Positions 25,114 through 32,000 of a stretch of 32,000 nt of DNA are shown piece by piece. The DNA is from Treponemataceae bacterium (GTDB lineage: Bacteria > Spirochaetota > Spirochaetia > Treponematales > Rectinemataceae): contig CAXXVZ010000003.1 in assembly GCA_963678065.2 (NCBI GenBank), positions 1,848,900-1,880,899 on the forward strand, written 5' to 3'. The notes under the pieces were generated by a model. It did no database searches and had not been told where the DNA came from. It saw only the letters and a program-made list of their open reading frames with translations. The position numbers and the translations under genes were made by a program. How positions within the stretch are numbered: position 1 is the first letter of the stretch; each line of letters begins with the position of its first letter.

Positions 25114-25176
25114 AGAAGCCCGATCCGCGCCTTCCGGGCGCACCCTGAGCGCAGTGTGCTGCCAGGGTATGGGCAT

Positions 25177-26328
25177 TTACAAACGGGGCCGGACTTCGTC
25201 CCACTCCGCGCGCACGCGGGCGATGGCGGACACGAAGGCGGGAATGTCGACGAGCGACTTGGCCGGCGTGAGCTCTCCCGCATGCGCGCAGGCGAGGACG
25301 CGGGCCGCGTTCCCGGCCGCGAACTCCGCGTCGGCGTTGTCGAGGGCGAACTCGTGGCCCGCCGGGTCGTTTCCGGGAATATCGTAGCCTGTGCCGTCGC
25401 GCCAGAACCGGTCGTGGATCGAGCTCAGTTTTTCGTACAGCGCCTTTGCCCTGTATACCCTGACGCCGACGTTGGTGTAGCCGGGGCCTTCGGCCGTGAG
25501 CTTCCCCTGGAGCTTCGCGTGGCCGAAGGAGAGGGGCAGACCCGCGGCATCGAAGCGGATCGGGTATCCCGGGTTGTCGACGGGCGCCGCCGGCAGAAGA
25601 AAATCGACCCTCTCTCCGGCAGCGTTCAGCGCGTCGAGTGCGAGGAGGGAAGCCAGGGCGGTGAGGGGTGAATTGGCGTCGCCCCCGAAGTTGGCGACGA
25701 GGTAGTCGGCATCCTTCCAGAGCTCCCGGCATTGCCAGGCCGCGTCGCCGTGGCCGAGCGGCTTCCCGAATGGCGCTTCCTGGGTAAAAAACGAATACCG
25801 TCCGGGAGCGATCCCGAGCGGCTCCATGATCTCGGCCCTGATGCGATCCTCATATCCGCGGACGACGACGAGGTGGTGGCCGAGCCGGTCCACAGCGTCG
25901 AGGGAATAGGCCGCGACTGGTATCCGGCCTCCTTCTTCGCCGCCGGATTCCGGCCGGATACAGTCGCGCACGGGATAGAGGCCTCTCGGAGCTTCCGGAT
26001 CGACGCCGGCCGCTGAAGCGAGCCCCTCATCCTGAGCTTGCCGAAGGGACTTCACCCAGCGCGAACCCGAGCCCGCGAGGAGGGTGAGGCAGACCGTCCG
26101 CGAGGCGAGACCGGCAGCATATACGCCGACCGAGGCCGGCAGGGGCCGGGAGGACAAGGCGCCGCCACCCGCCGCGCCGGCACCGCCGGAACCGTCGCCG
26201 GCAGTGCCGAGATTTCCGGAACCACTCCCCGCGGCGCCGAGCATTGTCTCGAGAGCCAGACGGGGAAGGTCCTTCCTGTGCGCGTAGGCCTGGCCATAGA
26301 GGCCGGAGCAGAGGGCAGACAGAGTCAC
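25177..26328 (-). CDS. hypothetical protein, possibly a sugar-phosphate nucleotidyltransferase-like (NTP_transferase/UDPGP-like) enzyme with an N-proximal Gly/Ala/Ser-rich insertion
   Basis: Protein-like composition over 383 aa. LLAGSGSRW resembles the LAGGxGxRL nucleotide-binding loop of sugar-1-P nucleotidyltransferases, and FGKPLGHGD resembles the P.GHGD motif of UDP-sugar pyrophosphorylases. The GTG start is 3 nt after the DUF2156 stop. The functional call rests on motifs only. Confidence 0.5.
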   Translation of the reverse strand: MTLSALCSGLYGQAYAHRKDLPRLALETMLGAAGSGSGNLGTAGDGSGGAGAAGGGALSSRPLPASVGVYAAGLASRTVCLTLLAGSGSRWVKSLRQAQDEGLASAAGVDPEAPRGLYPVRDCIRPESGGEEGGRIPVAAYSLDAVDRLGHHLVVVRGYEDRIRAEIMEPLGIAPGRYSFFTQEAPFGKPLGHGDAAWQCRELWKDADYLVANFGGDANSPLTALASLLALDALNAAGERVDFLLPAAPVDNPGYPIRFDAAGLPLSFGHAKLQGKLTAEGPGYTNVGVRVYRAKALYEKLSSIHDRFWRDGTGYDIPGNDPAGHEFALDNADAEFAAGNAARVLACAHAGELTPAKSLVDIPAFVSAIARVRAEWDEVRPRL

Positions 26329-26331
26329 GTT

Positions 26332-27234
26332 TCAGTCCTCGGCGACGATGGGCTGCCGTGTAACCCGGTATTTCTTGACGAAACCGCAGGGCCGGTAGGT
26401 CATCTTGGCCTGACGCAGTCCCTCGTCGCCGAGATCCTGTTCCCTGTTGATCGTCTTGAAATGCGAGGGCAGCCCCTGGGCGAAGGCCTGATTGATGAAC
26501 TGGTAGATGCCTTTGTACCTGTCGCATGCTTTCTCGAAGTGGATGGCGAACATCCTTCCCTTGGCGACGGGCTCGCCCAGACACCAGCCGGCCGGCGCTC
26601 CGTCGACATAGTAGACGCAGCCGCGCATGCCGAGATCCTCGAAGAGCCCGATGGCTTCGCGCGAGGCGACATAGTCTCCGTCGGAGCCCTTGGCCTCGCG
26701 CCACTCGTCGAGGACCGCGAGGGCGTCGGCGGCATTGTCCTTGCGCAGGGGCTTCTGCTCGTAGCTGTAGGAATTGATGAAGGCGTTCACGAGGTTGCGC
26801 TTCTTGTGGTAAGCGCGCCCGGAGAGTTCGGCGAGATCGGTGCGCTCGTATATGTAGTCGAAGTTGTCGCGGTCTTCCTCCACGTGGTAGCCGCGCTGTT
26901 CAAGCTCGATCCTGTGGATCTCGGACTGGGATTCCGACATGTTCTTGAAATAATCGTGACCCGCCATGAGGTTGTCGAAGATCTCGCGATCGGGGAAGCA
27001 GCAGGGCAGGTAGAAAAAGGACTTACCCGCTTTCGTCCCCTCTACGACGGAGGAGCCTCCGGGAAGCAGGGAGACCCGGTAGTCGTAAACATGGCGGAAG
27101 AGGTAGAGATTCGAGAACGTGAGTTCGGAGATTCCGTCCTTCGTCATATTGAGAGCGGGATAGAGATCCGCGCGCATGTCGAGGTCTATGGCTGCGAATT
27201 CGGGGTATTGAGGTATTGGCATGCTGTATATCAT
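26332..27234 (-). CDS. DUF2156 / LPG_synthase_C-like protein (MprF C-terminal, tandem-GNAT aminoacyl-tRNA transferase fold), soluble, ~300 aa
   Basis: Family-typical strings LTFSNLYLFRHVYDYRVS and LSGRAYHKKRNLVNAFINSY, plus a C-terminal REQDLGDEGLRQAKMTYRP. No TM segments. The start may instead be the ATG at 27222 (M5), which lies 7 nt after a TATGAT -10-like hexamer. Confidence 0.75.
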   Translation of the reverse strand: MIYSMPIPQYPEFAAIDLDMRADLYPALNMTKDGISELTFSNLYLFRHVYDYRVSLLPGGSSVVEGTKAGKSFFYLPCCFPDREIFDNLMAGHDYFKNMSESQSEIHRIELEQRGYHVEEDRDNFDYIYERTDLAELSGRAYHKKRNLVNAFINSYSYEQKPLRKDNAADALAVLDEWREAKGSDGDYVASREAIGLFEDLGMRGCVYYVDGAPAGWCLGEPVAKGRMFAIHFEKACDRYKGIYQFINQAFAQGLPSHFKTINREQDLGDEGLRQAKMTYRPCGFVKKYRVTRQPIVAED

Positions 27235-27311
27235 AAGGATCGGAAAGGGGGTTCGGCAAGTGCGATCGTGTTCGGGCCCCGACTGTGCGGCGATTGCGAA
27301 GTCCCGGGAGC

Positions 27312-27340
27312 TTGCGCTCCCGCGGAAACGAAGGCATACT
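27312..27340 (+). promoter_or_regulatory. candidate pepT promoter with leaderless geometry
   Basis: TTGCGC (27312-27317), 17-nt spacer, CATACT (27335-27340). Seven nt (TTCCCGC, no SD) separate it from the ATG at 27348. Confidence 0.35.
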
Positions 27341-27347
27341 TTCCCGC

Positions 27348-28604
27348 ATGAAACACTTTTCCGAACTGCTCGCGCGTCGCTACACGCCTAAAATGGTGGA
27401 GCGATTCATCTCCTACGTCAAAATGTTCACCACAAGCAACCGCCACATAGAGGACATTCCCTCCACCGCGACACAGTGGGATCTGGCGCGCCTCCTCGTC
27501 TCCGAACTCGGGGCCATCGGAATCCGCGACCTCGAACTCGACGGGCACTGCTACCTCATCGCCAGGCTTCCTGCCAGTCCGGGTTGCGAAAAACGCCCCT
27601 GCATCGGCCTCATGGCCCACATGGATACCGCCTCCGATGTGACCGGCGAAAACGCCCGCCCCCGCGTCATTGCGGGCTACGATGGCGGAAGCGTGGCCCT
27701 CTCGCAGGAGTGGGTGCTCGATCCGGCCGACAACCCCGACCTCCGTGAGCACGTCGGAGACACGATCATCGTCACCGACGGTACGACCCTTCTCGGCGCC
27801 GACGACAAGGCGGGCATCGCCGAGATCATGACCGCGGCGGAGTTCCTCGTCACCCATCCTGAAATCCGGCACGGCCCCATCGAGATCGTCTTCACGCCCG
27901 ACGAGGAGACAGGCAAGGGCATGAACCTCTTTCCCGTCAACAAGCTGAAATCGGTGGCCTGCTACACTCTCGACGGCGGAAAGGCCGCGGAAATCGAGGC
28001 GGAATGCTTCACAGCCTACTCCGTCCACGCCGAGTTCGCAGGGAAGGTCATCCACATCGGCGCGGCGCGCGGAAAGCTCGCCAATGCCGTGTCCATGGCC
28101 GGTTCGTTCATCTCGATGCTGCCCCGGAGCGAGAGCCCCGAGGCCACGGATGAGTGGTACGGATACTACTGCCCCATCGAGATGTCGGGCGGGCTCGAGA
28201 AGGCCGTCGTCGATATCTATCTGCGCGATTTCACCGACGCGGGCATGAATGGCCGGATCGCGGCGGTGAAAACCCTCGCGGCGGCTGTGGAGGCTCAATT
28301 TCCGCTCGGAAACGTCAAGCTCGACATCAAGAAACAGTATCTCAACATGCGCAAGAAGCTCGACGAGACCCCCGAAGTCCTCAACAAGCTCATGGACGCG
28401 GCCAAAAGGGCCGGAGCGGAGCCCTGCATCAAGCCGATCCGCGGCGGCACCGACGGCGCCCGACTCACCGAGATGGGCATCCCCACTCCGAACATCTTCA
28501 CGGGCGGCTACAACTATCACAGCCGCTTCGAGTGGGCCTCCGTCGCCGAGATGGCGCTCGCGGTCGACACCATCATCGAGCTCGTGCAGCTCTGGGCCGA
28601 GTAA
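27348..28604 (+). CDS. pepT: peptidase T (tripeptide aminopeptidase, M20B)
   Basis: MVERFISYVKMFTTSNRHIEDIPSTATQWDLARLL...MAHMDTA...LLGADDKAGIAEIM...TPDEETGKG...IRGGTDGARL is collinear with PepT. The ATG at 27348 is internal to track ORF 27285-28604. Confidence 0.9.
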   Translation: MKHFSELLARRYTPKMVERFISYVKMFTTSNRHIEDIPSTATQWDLARLLVSELGAIGIRDLELDGHCYLIARLPASPGCEKRPCIGLMAHMDTASDVTGENARPRVIAGYDGGSVALSQEWVLDPADNPDLREHVGDTIIVTDGTTLLGADDKAGIAEIMTAAEFLVTHPEIRHGPIEIVFTPDEETGKGMNLFPVNKLKSVACYTLDGGKAAEIEAECFTAYSVHAEFAGKVIHIGAARGKLANAVSMAGSFISMLPRSESPEATDEWYGYYCPIEMSGGLEKAVVDIYLRDFTDAGMNGRIAAVKTLAAAVEAQFPLGNVKLDIKKQYLNMRKKLDETPEVLNKLMDAAKRAGAEPCIKPIRGGTDGARLTEMGIPTPNIFTGGYNYHSRFEWASVAEMALAVDTIIELVQLWAE

Positions 28605-29257
28605 GGCCGACAGGTCGACATCACGACGACCTCGGCCTCCGTGTGCTCCTTGATCCATTCGGGTGTGTAGGGTTCGAAGTATTCCAGCAGGTAGAACTTC
28701 CCTCCCATCACCTCGAAGTATCCCACGTCGGTGACGATGAGATTGACTTCGTGCGCGGCGGTCAGCGGCAGAGCGCAGCGACGCTTCAGCTTGGACGCGC
28801 CTGATTTTTCCAGATGGGTCGTCGCCGCGATGACGACGCGCGATCCCGCGACGAGGTCCATGGCGCCGCCCATGCCGGGCACCATTTTGCCGGGTATCTT
28901 GTAGTTCGCCAGATTGCCTTCCTGGTCCACTTCGAGGACGCCGAGGACCGTGTAGTCGACATGGCCTCCCCTTATGATGCCGAAACTCATCGCGGAGTCG
29001 AAGAAGGCCCCTCCGGGAAGGATGGTCACGGGCTGCGCGCCCGCGTTGGTCAGGTCGGGATCGTCGAAACCCTTTTCCGGCGCCGGGCCGAGTCCGAGCA
29101 TGCCGTTCTCGGACTGCAGGACAATGGTGACATCCTCCGGGATGTAGTTCGCGACCAGAGTCGGAAGGCCGATCCCGAGGTTGACGACATCGCCGGTCTT
29201 GAATATGCAGGCTATCCGCCTCGCGATCATCTCCTTGTTTTCGACATACTCGATCAT
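28517..29257 (-). CDS. atoA: 3-oxoacid/acetate CoA-transferase subunit B (probably butyrate:acetoacetate CoA-transferase beta, by context)
   Basis: MIEYVENKEMIARRIA...NLGIGLPTLVANYIP...LQSENGMLGLGP (catalytic SENG Glu)...GMGGAMDLV. The ATG at 29257 overlaps the subunit A stop (ATGA). The C-terminal ~30 aa run antisense through the pepT 3' end. Confidence 0.85.
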   Translation of the reverse strand: MIEYVENKEMIARRIACIFKTGDVVNLGIGLPTLVANYIPEDVTIVLQSENGMLGLGPAPEKGFDDPDLTNAGAQPVTILPGGAFFDSAMSFGIIRGGHVDYTVLGVLEVDQEGNLANYKIPGKMVPGMGGAMDLVAGSRVVIAATTHLEKSGASKLKRRCALPLTAAHEVNLIVTDVGYFEVMGGKFYLLEYFEPYTPEWIKEHTEAEVVVMSTCRPYSAQSCTSSMMVSTASAISATEAHSKRL

Positions 29258-29940
29258 GCCTTCCTCCCCTTCGCCCGCACGAGGCAATCCACGAATATCG
29301 AGGGCGTGTGTACCTGGTCGGGATCGATGCACCCGACATCGACGATTTCCTCCACTTCGGCGATCACGAAGGAGCAGGCCATAGCCATCAGCGGATTGAA
29401 GTTGCGGGCTGTCTTCGAATACTGGAGATTGCCGACCCTGTCCGCCCTCTTCGCCTTGATGATGGCGACGTCGCCGGGAAGCGGCAGCTCGAGAAGATAG
29501 ACCTTGTTGCCGATCGTGAGGAGCTGCTTGCCCTCCTGGACCTCGGTGCCAAGGCCCGTCGACGTGAGGAATCCTCCAAGTCCGCAACCCGCCGCCCTGA
29601 CTCTCTCGGCCAGTGTTCCCTGGGGAACGAGGTCGACGACAGTTTCGCCGGCGTTCATCTGTCTCTGGGTTTCAGGGTTCGTGCCGATGTGGGAGACGAT
29701 GACCCGCGCGAACTGCCGGTTGACAACGAGCGGCGCGACGCCGGTGATCCTGCCCGATCGCGCGTCGAATATCGCGGTGTCGTTGCAGACCAAGGTCAGA
29801 TTCCGGACTCCGGAGGCCGCCAGGGCGGCGATCACGGCCTCGGGGGACCCGCATCCGAGAAAACCGCCGACGTGGAGGGTCATGCCTTCTTTGATGTGGC
29901 CCGCGGCCTCGGTGGCTTCGAGTATAGGTTTTTCGATCAT
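29254..29940 (-). CDS. atoD: 3-oxoacid/acetate CoA-transferase subunit A
   Basis: MIEKPILEATEAAGHIKEGMTLHVGGFLGCGSPEAVIAAL...VSHIGTNPETQRQ...GGFLTSTGLGT. The ATG at 29940 is preceded by a GGAGG RBS. Confidence 0.88.
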   Translation of the reverse strand: MIEKPILEATEAAGHIKEGMTLHVGGFLGCGSPEAVIAALAASGVRNLTLVCNDTAIFDARSGRITGVAPLVVNRQFARVIVSHIGTNPETQRQMNAGETVVDLVPQGTLAERVRAAGCGLGGFLTSTGLGTEVQEGKQLLTIGNKVYLLELPLPGDVAIIKAKRADRVGNLQYSKTARNFNPLMAMACSFVIAEVEEIVDVGCIDPDQVHTPSIFVDCLVRAKGRKA

Positions 29941-29986
29941 GATACCTCCGTGAAGATGACGATATGGTCCGATGACGCAGAGCTTT

Positions 29987-30727
29987 TCACTCCCTCGCCT
30001 TTTCCGCCAGTTTCCGCGCGATGAACGTGGCGACATCGTCCGCGTAGCTGCCCTTGCCGAAGCCCGCGTCGTAGCCGAGTTCGACCGCGAGCTTGTTCGT
30101 GATGCGGGGACCTCCCGCCACGCAGATGAAGCGGCCGCGTTCGCCCGCCGCTTCCAGGAGTTCGACGAACTCCGTCATGTTCCCGATGTGGACATCTTTC
30201 TGTGTCACGATCTGCGAGACGAGGATGGCGTCGGCTCCCACCTTGCGCGAGAACTCGATGAGTTTTTCGTTCGGAACCTGGGCGCCGAGGTTGAAGGCTT
30301 CCATCATCGCGTAGCGTTCGAGCCCGTAGTGGTGGTTGTATCCCTTCATGTTCATGATCGCGTCGATGCCGACAGTGTGCGCGTCGAAACCGGTGCAGGC
30401 TCCGACCACCACGACTTTGCGGCCGAGCTTTTCGCGGATGAAATCGTTGACCTCGTCCATCGACATCGAATCTGATTCCGAGACGACATCGGCTCTGACT
30501 GTCGACCAGTCGATGCCGCGCTCCGTCCTCGCGTAGGCGACGTAGAACGAAAATTCCTCCGATATCGCGGCGGAGTGGGTGATCTCGCAGTCGGCGAAGC
30601 CCCAGGACAGTACGAGAAGCCTCGCCGCCTCGCGGCCGCGGGCTCCGTCGGGGACGGGAAGGGTGAAGGACATCTGGACCTTCCCGTCATCCATGGTGTC
30701 CCCGTAGGGGCGAATGATTTCAGGCAT
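29987..30727 (-). CDS. kamE: D-lysine/beta-lysine 5,6-aminomutase beta subunit (B12-binding)
   Basis: MPEIIRPYGDTMDDGKVQMSFTLPV..., with a B12-binding DxHxxG motif in VVVGACTGFDAHTVGIDAI. 246 aa. AGGAGG RBS. The ATG at 30727 is 2 nt after the kamD stop. The upstream part of track ORF 29987-31642 is out of frame over kamD. Confidence 0.85.
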   Translation of the reverse strand: MPEIIRPYGDTMDDGKVQMSFTLPVPDGARGREAARLLVLSWGFADCEITHSAAISEEFSFYVAYARTERGIDWSTVRADVVSESDSMSMDEVNDFIREKLGRKVVVVGACTGFDAHTVGIDAIMNMKGYNHHYGLERYAMMEAFNLGAQVPNEKLIEFSRKVGADAILVSQIVTQKDVHIGNMTEFVELLEAAGERGRFICVAGGPRITNKLAVELGYDAGFGKGSYADDVATFIARKLAEKARE

Positions 30728-30729
30728 GA

Positions 30730-32000
30730 TCAGTCCTCCTTTCCGGATCGACCGGCTGGAATCGACGCGAAGCCGCCCTTCGAGTCCTGGCCGGGATTTC
30801 GCGCCAGGCCCAGGCCCGCCACCAGAGCGTCCTCGACGGGGTTGAAGTACGCGGGCCCCTTGCGCACGAGTCCCTCCAAGCCCTTGCCGCCGTCTCGCGG
30901 GCGCTTTACATCGGCGAACATCCCCCGCCCGATCGCCTCGAAAAGGCCGCATTCCACGATCTCGCCGAGGAATTCCACAGTCCTGTCCAGCACTTCGCGG
31001 GCGCGGGCGACGATGATACCCTCGGGCCTGAACTCGATCTCGTCGTAGAAAGATTCCATGGAGTTCATGATGTACTTCGCGTTCTCCACCGCGAGAAAGC
31101 GGTCCATCATGAAGGGCGTGTGGATGGCCTCCGTCAGCATGCCGAGGAGGTGAATGCCCTGGTTCGTCGCCTTGGAGGCGAAGTTGAACATCGTGTCCAT
31201 CGCGAGTCCCTTGAATATGTCGCCCGACATGAATTTCGTCGGCGGCATGTATTTCAGGGGATGCTCGGGGAATATCTCGCGCGCCATCTGCGCCTGCGCG
31301 AGCTCGTAGAGGAATCCGTTCCGGAGGGAAGGGTCCATCTCGAAGGCGTGGCCGAGACCCATGAGCTTCGCGGGAAGGCCTGCCGCATACGCGAATCGCT
31401 CGTTCAGGAACTGGCTCGCGAGGACCGTGTAAGCCTTCTCCCAGGCATCGCTCGTCGTGAGGTAGTTGTCCTCTCCCGTGTTGATGATGATGCCCGCATA
31501 GGCGTTGATCATGCGGCTGAATTTCTGGTCGACGAAGGTGCGGTACATGTTGATGTCGCGGAAGAGGATTCCGTACATCGAGTCGTTCAGCATCATGTCG
31601 AGGCGTTCGAGGGCTCCCATGGCCGCGATCTCGGGCATGCACAGGCCCGAAGCGTAGTTCGTGAGGCGGATGTAGCGACCTTGTTTTTCCGAGACCTCGT
31701 CGAGGGCGCCGCGCATGATGCGGAAATTTTCCTGCGTGGCGTAGGTGCCGCCGAAACCTTCCGTCGTGGCGCCGTAGGGCACGTAGTCGAGAAGGCTCTG
31801 CGCCGTCGTCCTGATGACGGCGATGACGTCGGCGCCTCTCTCCGCGGCCGCCTTCGCCTGCTTCACGTCCTCGTAGATATTGCCGGTCGCGACGATGAGG
31901 TAGAGCATGGGTTCGGAGTTGCGGCCTTTCCAGAGCTCGAGCTTCTCCTCGCGGATTCCGCGGTTATGCGAAATCCTCGCGAGCCCGGCGTCCGCGAGCC
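30730..32000 (-). CDS. kamD: D-lysine/beta-lysine 5,6-aminomutase alpha subunit (5' end outside the window)
   Basis: LYLIVATGNIYEDVKQAKAAAERGADVIAVIRTTAQSLLDYVPYGATTEGFGGTYATQENFR... is a TIM-barrel PLP/B12 aminomutase large subunit. My hand translation upstream of the Met at 31908 stays open to base 32000 (...ISHNRGIREEKLELWKGRNSEPMLYLIV), so the gene is truncated by the window edge. Confidence 0.88.
   Translation of the reverse strand, partial: LADAGLARISHNRGIREEKLELWKGRNSEPMLYLIVATGNIYEDVKQAKAAAERGADVIAVIRTTAQSLLDYVPYGATTEGFGGTYATQENFRIMRGALDEVSEKQGRYIRLTNYASGLCMPEIAAMGALERLDMMLNDSMYGILFRDINMYRTFVDQKFSRMINAYAGIIINTGEDNYLTTSDAWEKAYTVLASQFLNERFAYAAGLPAKLMGLGHAFEMDPSLRNGFLYELAQAQMAREIFPEHPLKYMPPTKFMSGDIFKGLAMDTMFNFASKATNQGIHLLGMLTEAIHTPFMMDRFLAVENAKYIMNSMESFYDEIEFRPEGIIVARAREVLDRTVEFLGEIVECGLFEAIGRGMFADVKRPRDGGKGLEGLVRKGPAYFNPVEDALVAGLGLARNPGQDSKGGFASIPAGRSGKED

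Noticed and set aside
27231-29339. 702-codon minus-strand ORF spanning pepT in antisense and part of the CoA-transferase B gene out of frame
   Set aside because: The sequence is Arg/Gly/Asp-rich and low-complexity with no motifs. Both underlying genes (pepT on the plus strand, CoA-transferase B in another minus-strand frame) are strongly supported.
1-32000. Scan for tRNA, rRNA, CRISPR repeats, transposase/integrase genes, long direct or inverted repeats and prophage signatures
   Set aside because: I recognised none by eye. The intergenic regions are short (at most ~200 nt) and are accounted for by promoters and terminators. A computational scan (tRNAscan-SE, Infernal/Rfam, a repeat finder) would be needed to exclude small elements.

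Overview
GC-rich bacterial chromosomal segment; real genes show a strong G/C bias at third codon positions, which produces many long shadow ORFs on the opposite strand. I support 27 protein-coding genes. I found no rRNA, tRNA, CRISPR array, transposase or integrase. Layout: (1) 200-649, a stand-alone cNMP-binding protein. (2) 721-6441 on the minus strand, a chain of six genes linked by overlapping stop and start codons: dxs-folP-cdaA-cdaR-acpS-truA, which includes the c-di-AMP synthase module. (3) 6645-7169, an orphan protein with a perfect 15-bp in-frame tandem repeat, followed by a bidirectional terminator. (4) 7341-9164, a short-form alaS. (5) 9287-13175, accessory-looking genes: an SDR epimerase, a TetR paired with a single-domain asparaginase-like protein, an SLT lipoprotein and a second TetR. 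(6) 13309-25113 on the plus strand, an 11.8-kb tightly packed string: a 1,246-aa GH13-like megaprotein, a flavin-reductase-like protein, AddB-like, AddA-like and a split ChrA pair. (7) 25177-27234 on the minus strand, a soluble DUF2156 (MprF C-terminal-like) protein tightly coupled to a nucleotidyltransferase-like protein. (8) pepT. (9) 28517-32000 on the minus strand, the 3' end of a lysine-fermentation cluster: kamD (runs off the window), kamE and CoA-transferase A/B. The short AlaRS and the lipobox style suggest a spirochaete-like anaerobe, but that is only an inference. The best candidates for undescribed biology are the DUF2156/nucleotidyltransferase pair and the TetR-guarded GH13-like megaprotein coupled to a flavin reductase. 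Neither can be proven from sequence alone. Several genes (alaS, the asparaginase-like gene, pepT) show leaderless-mRNA promoter geometry.
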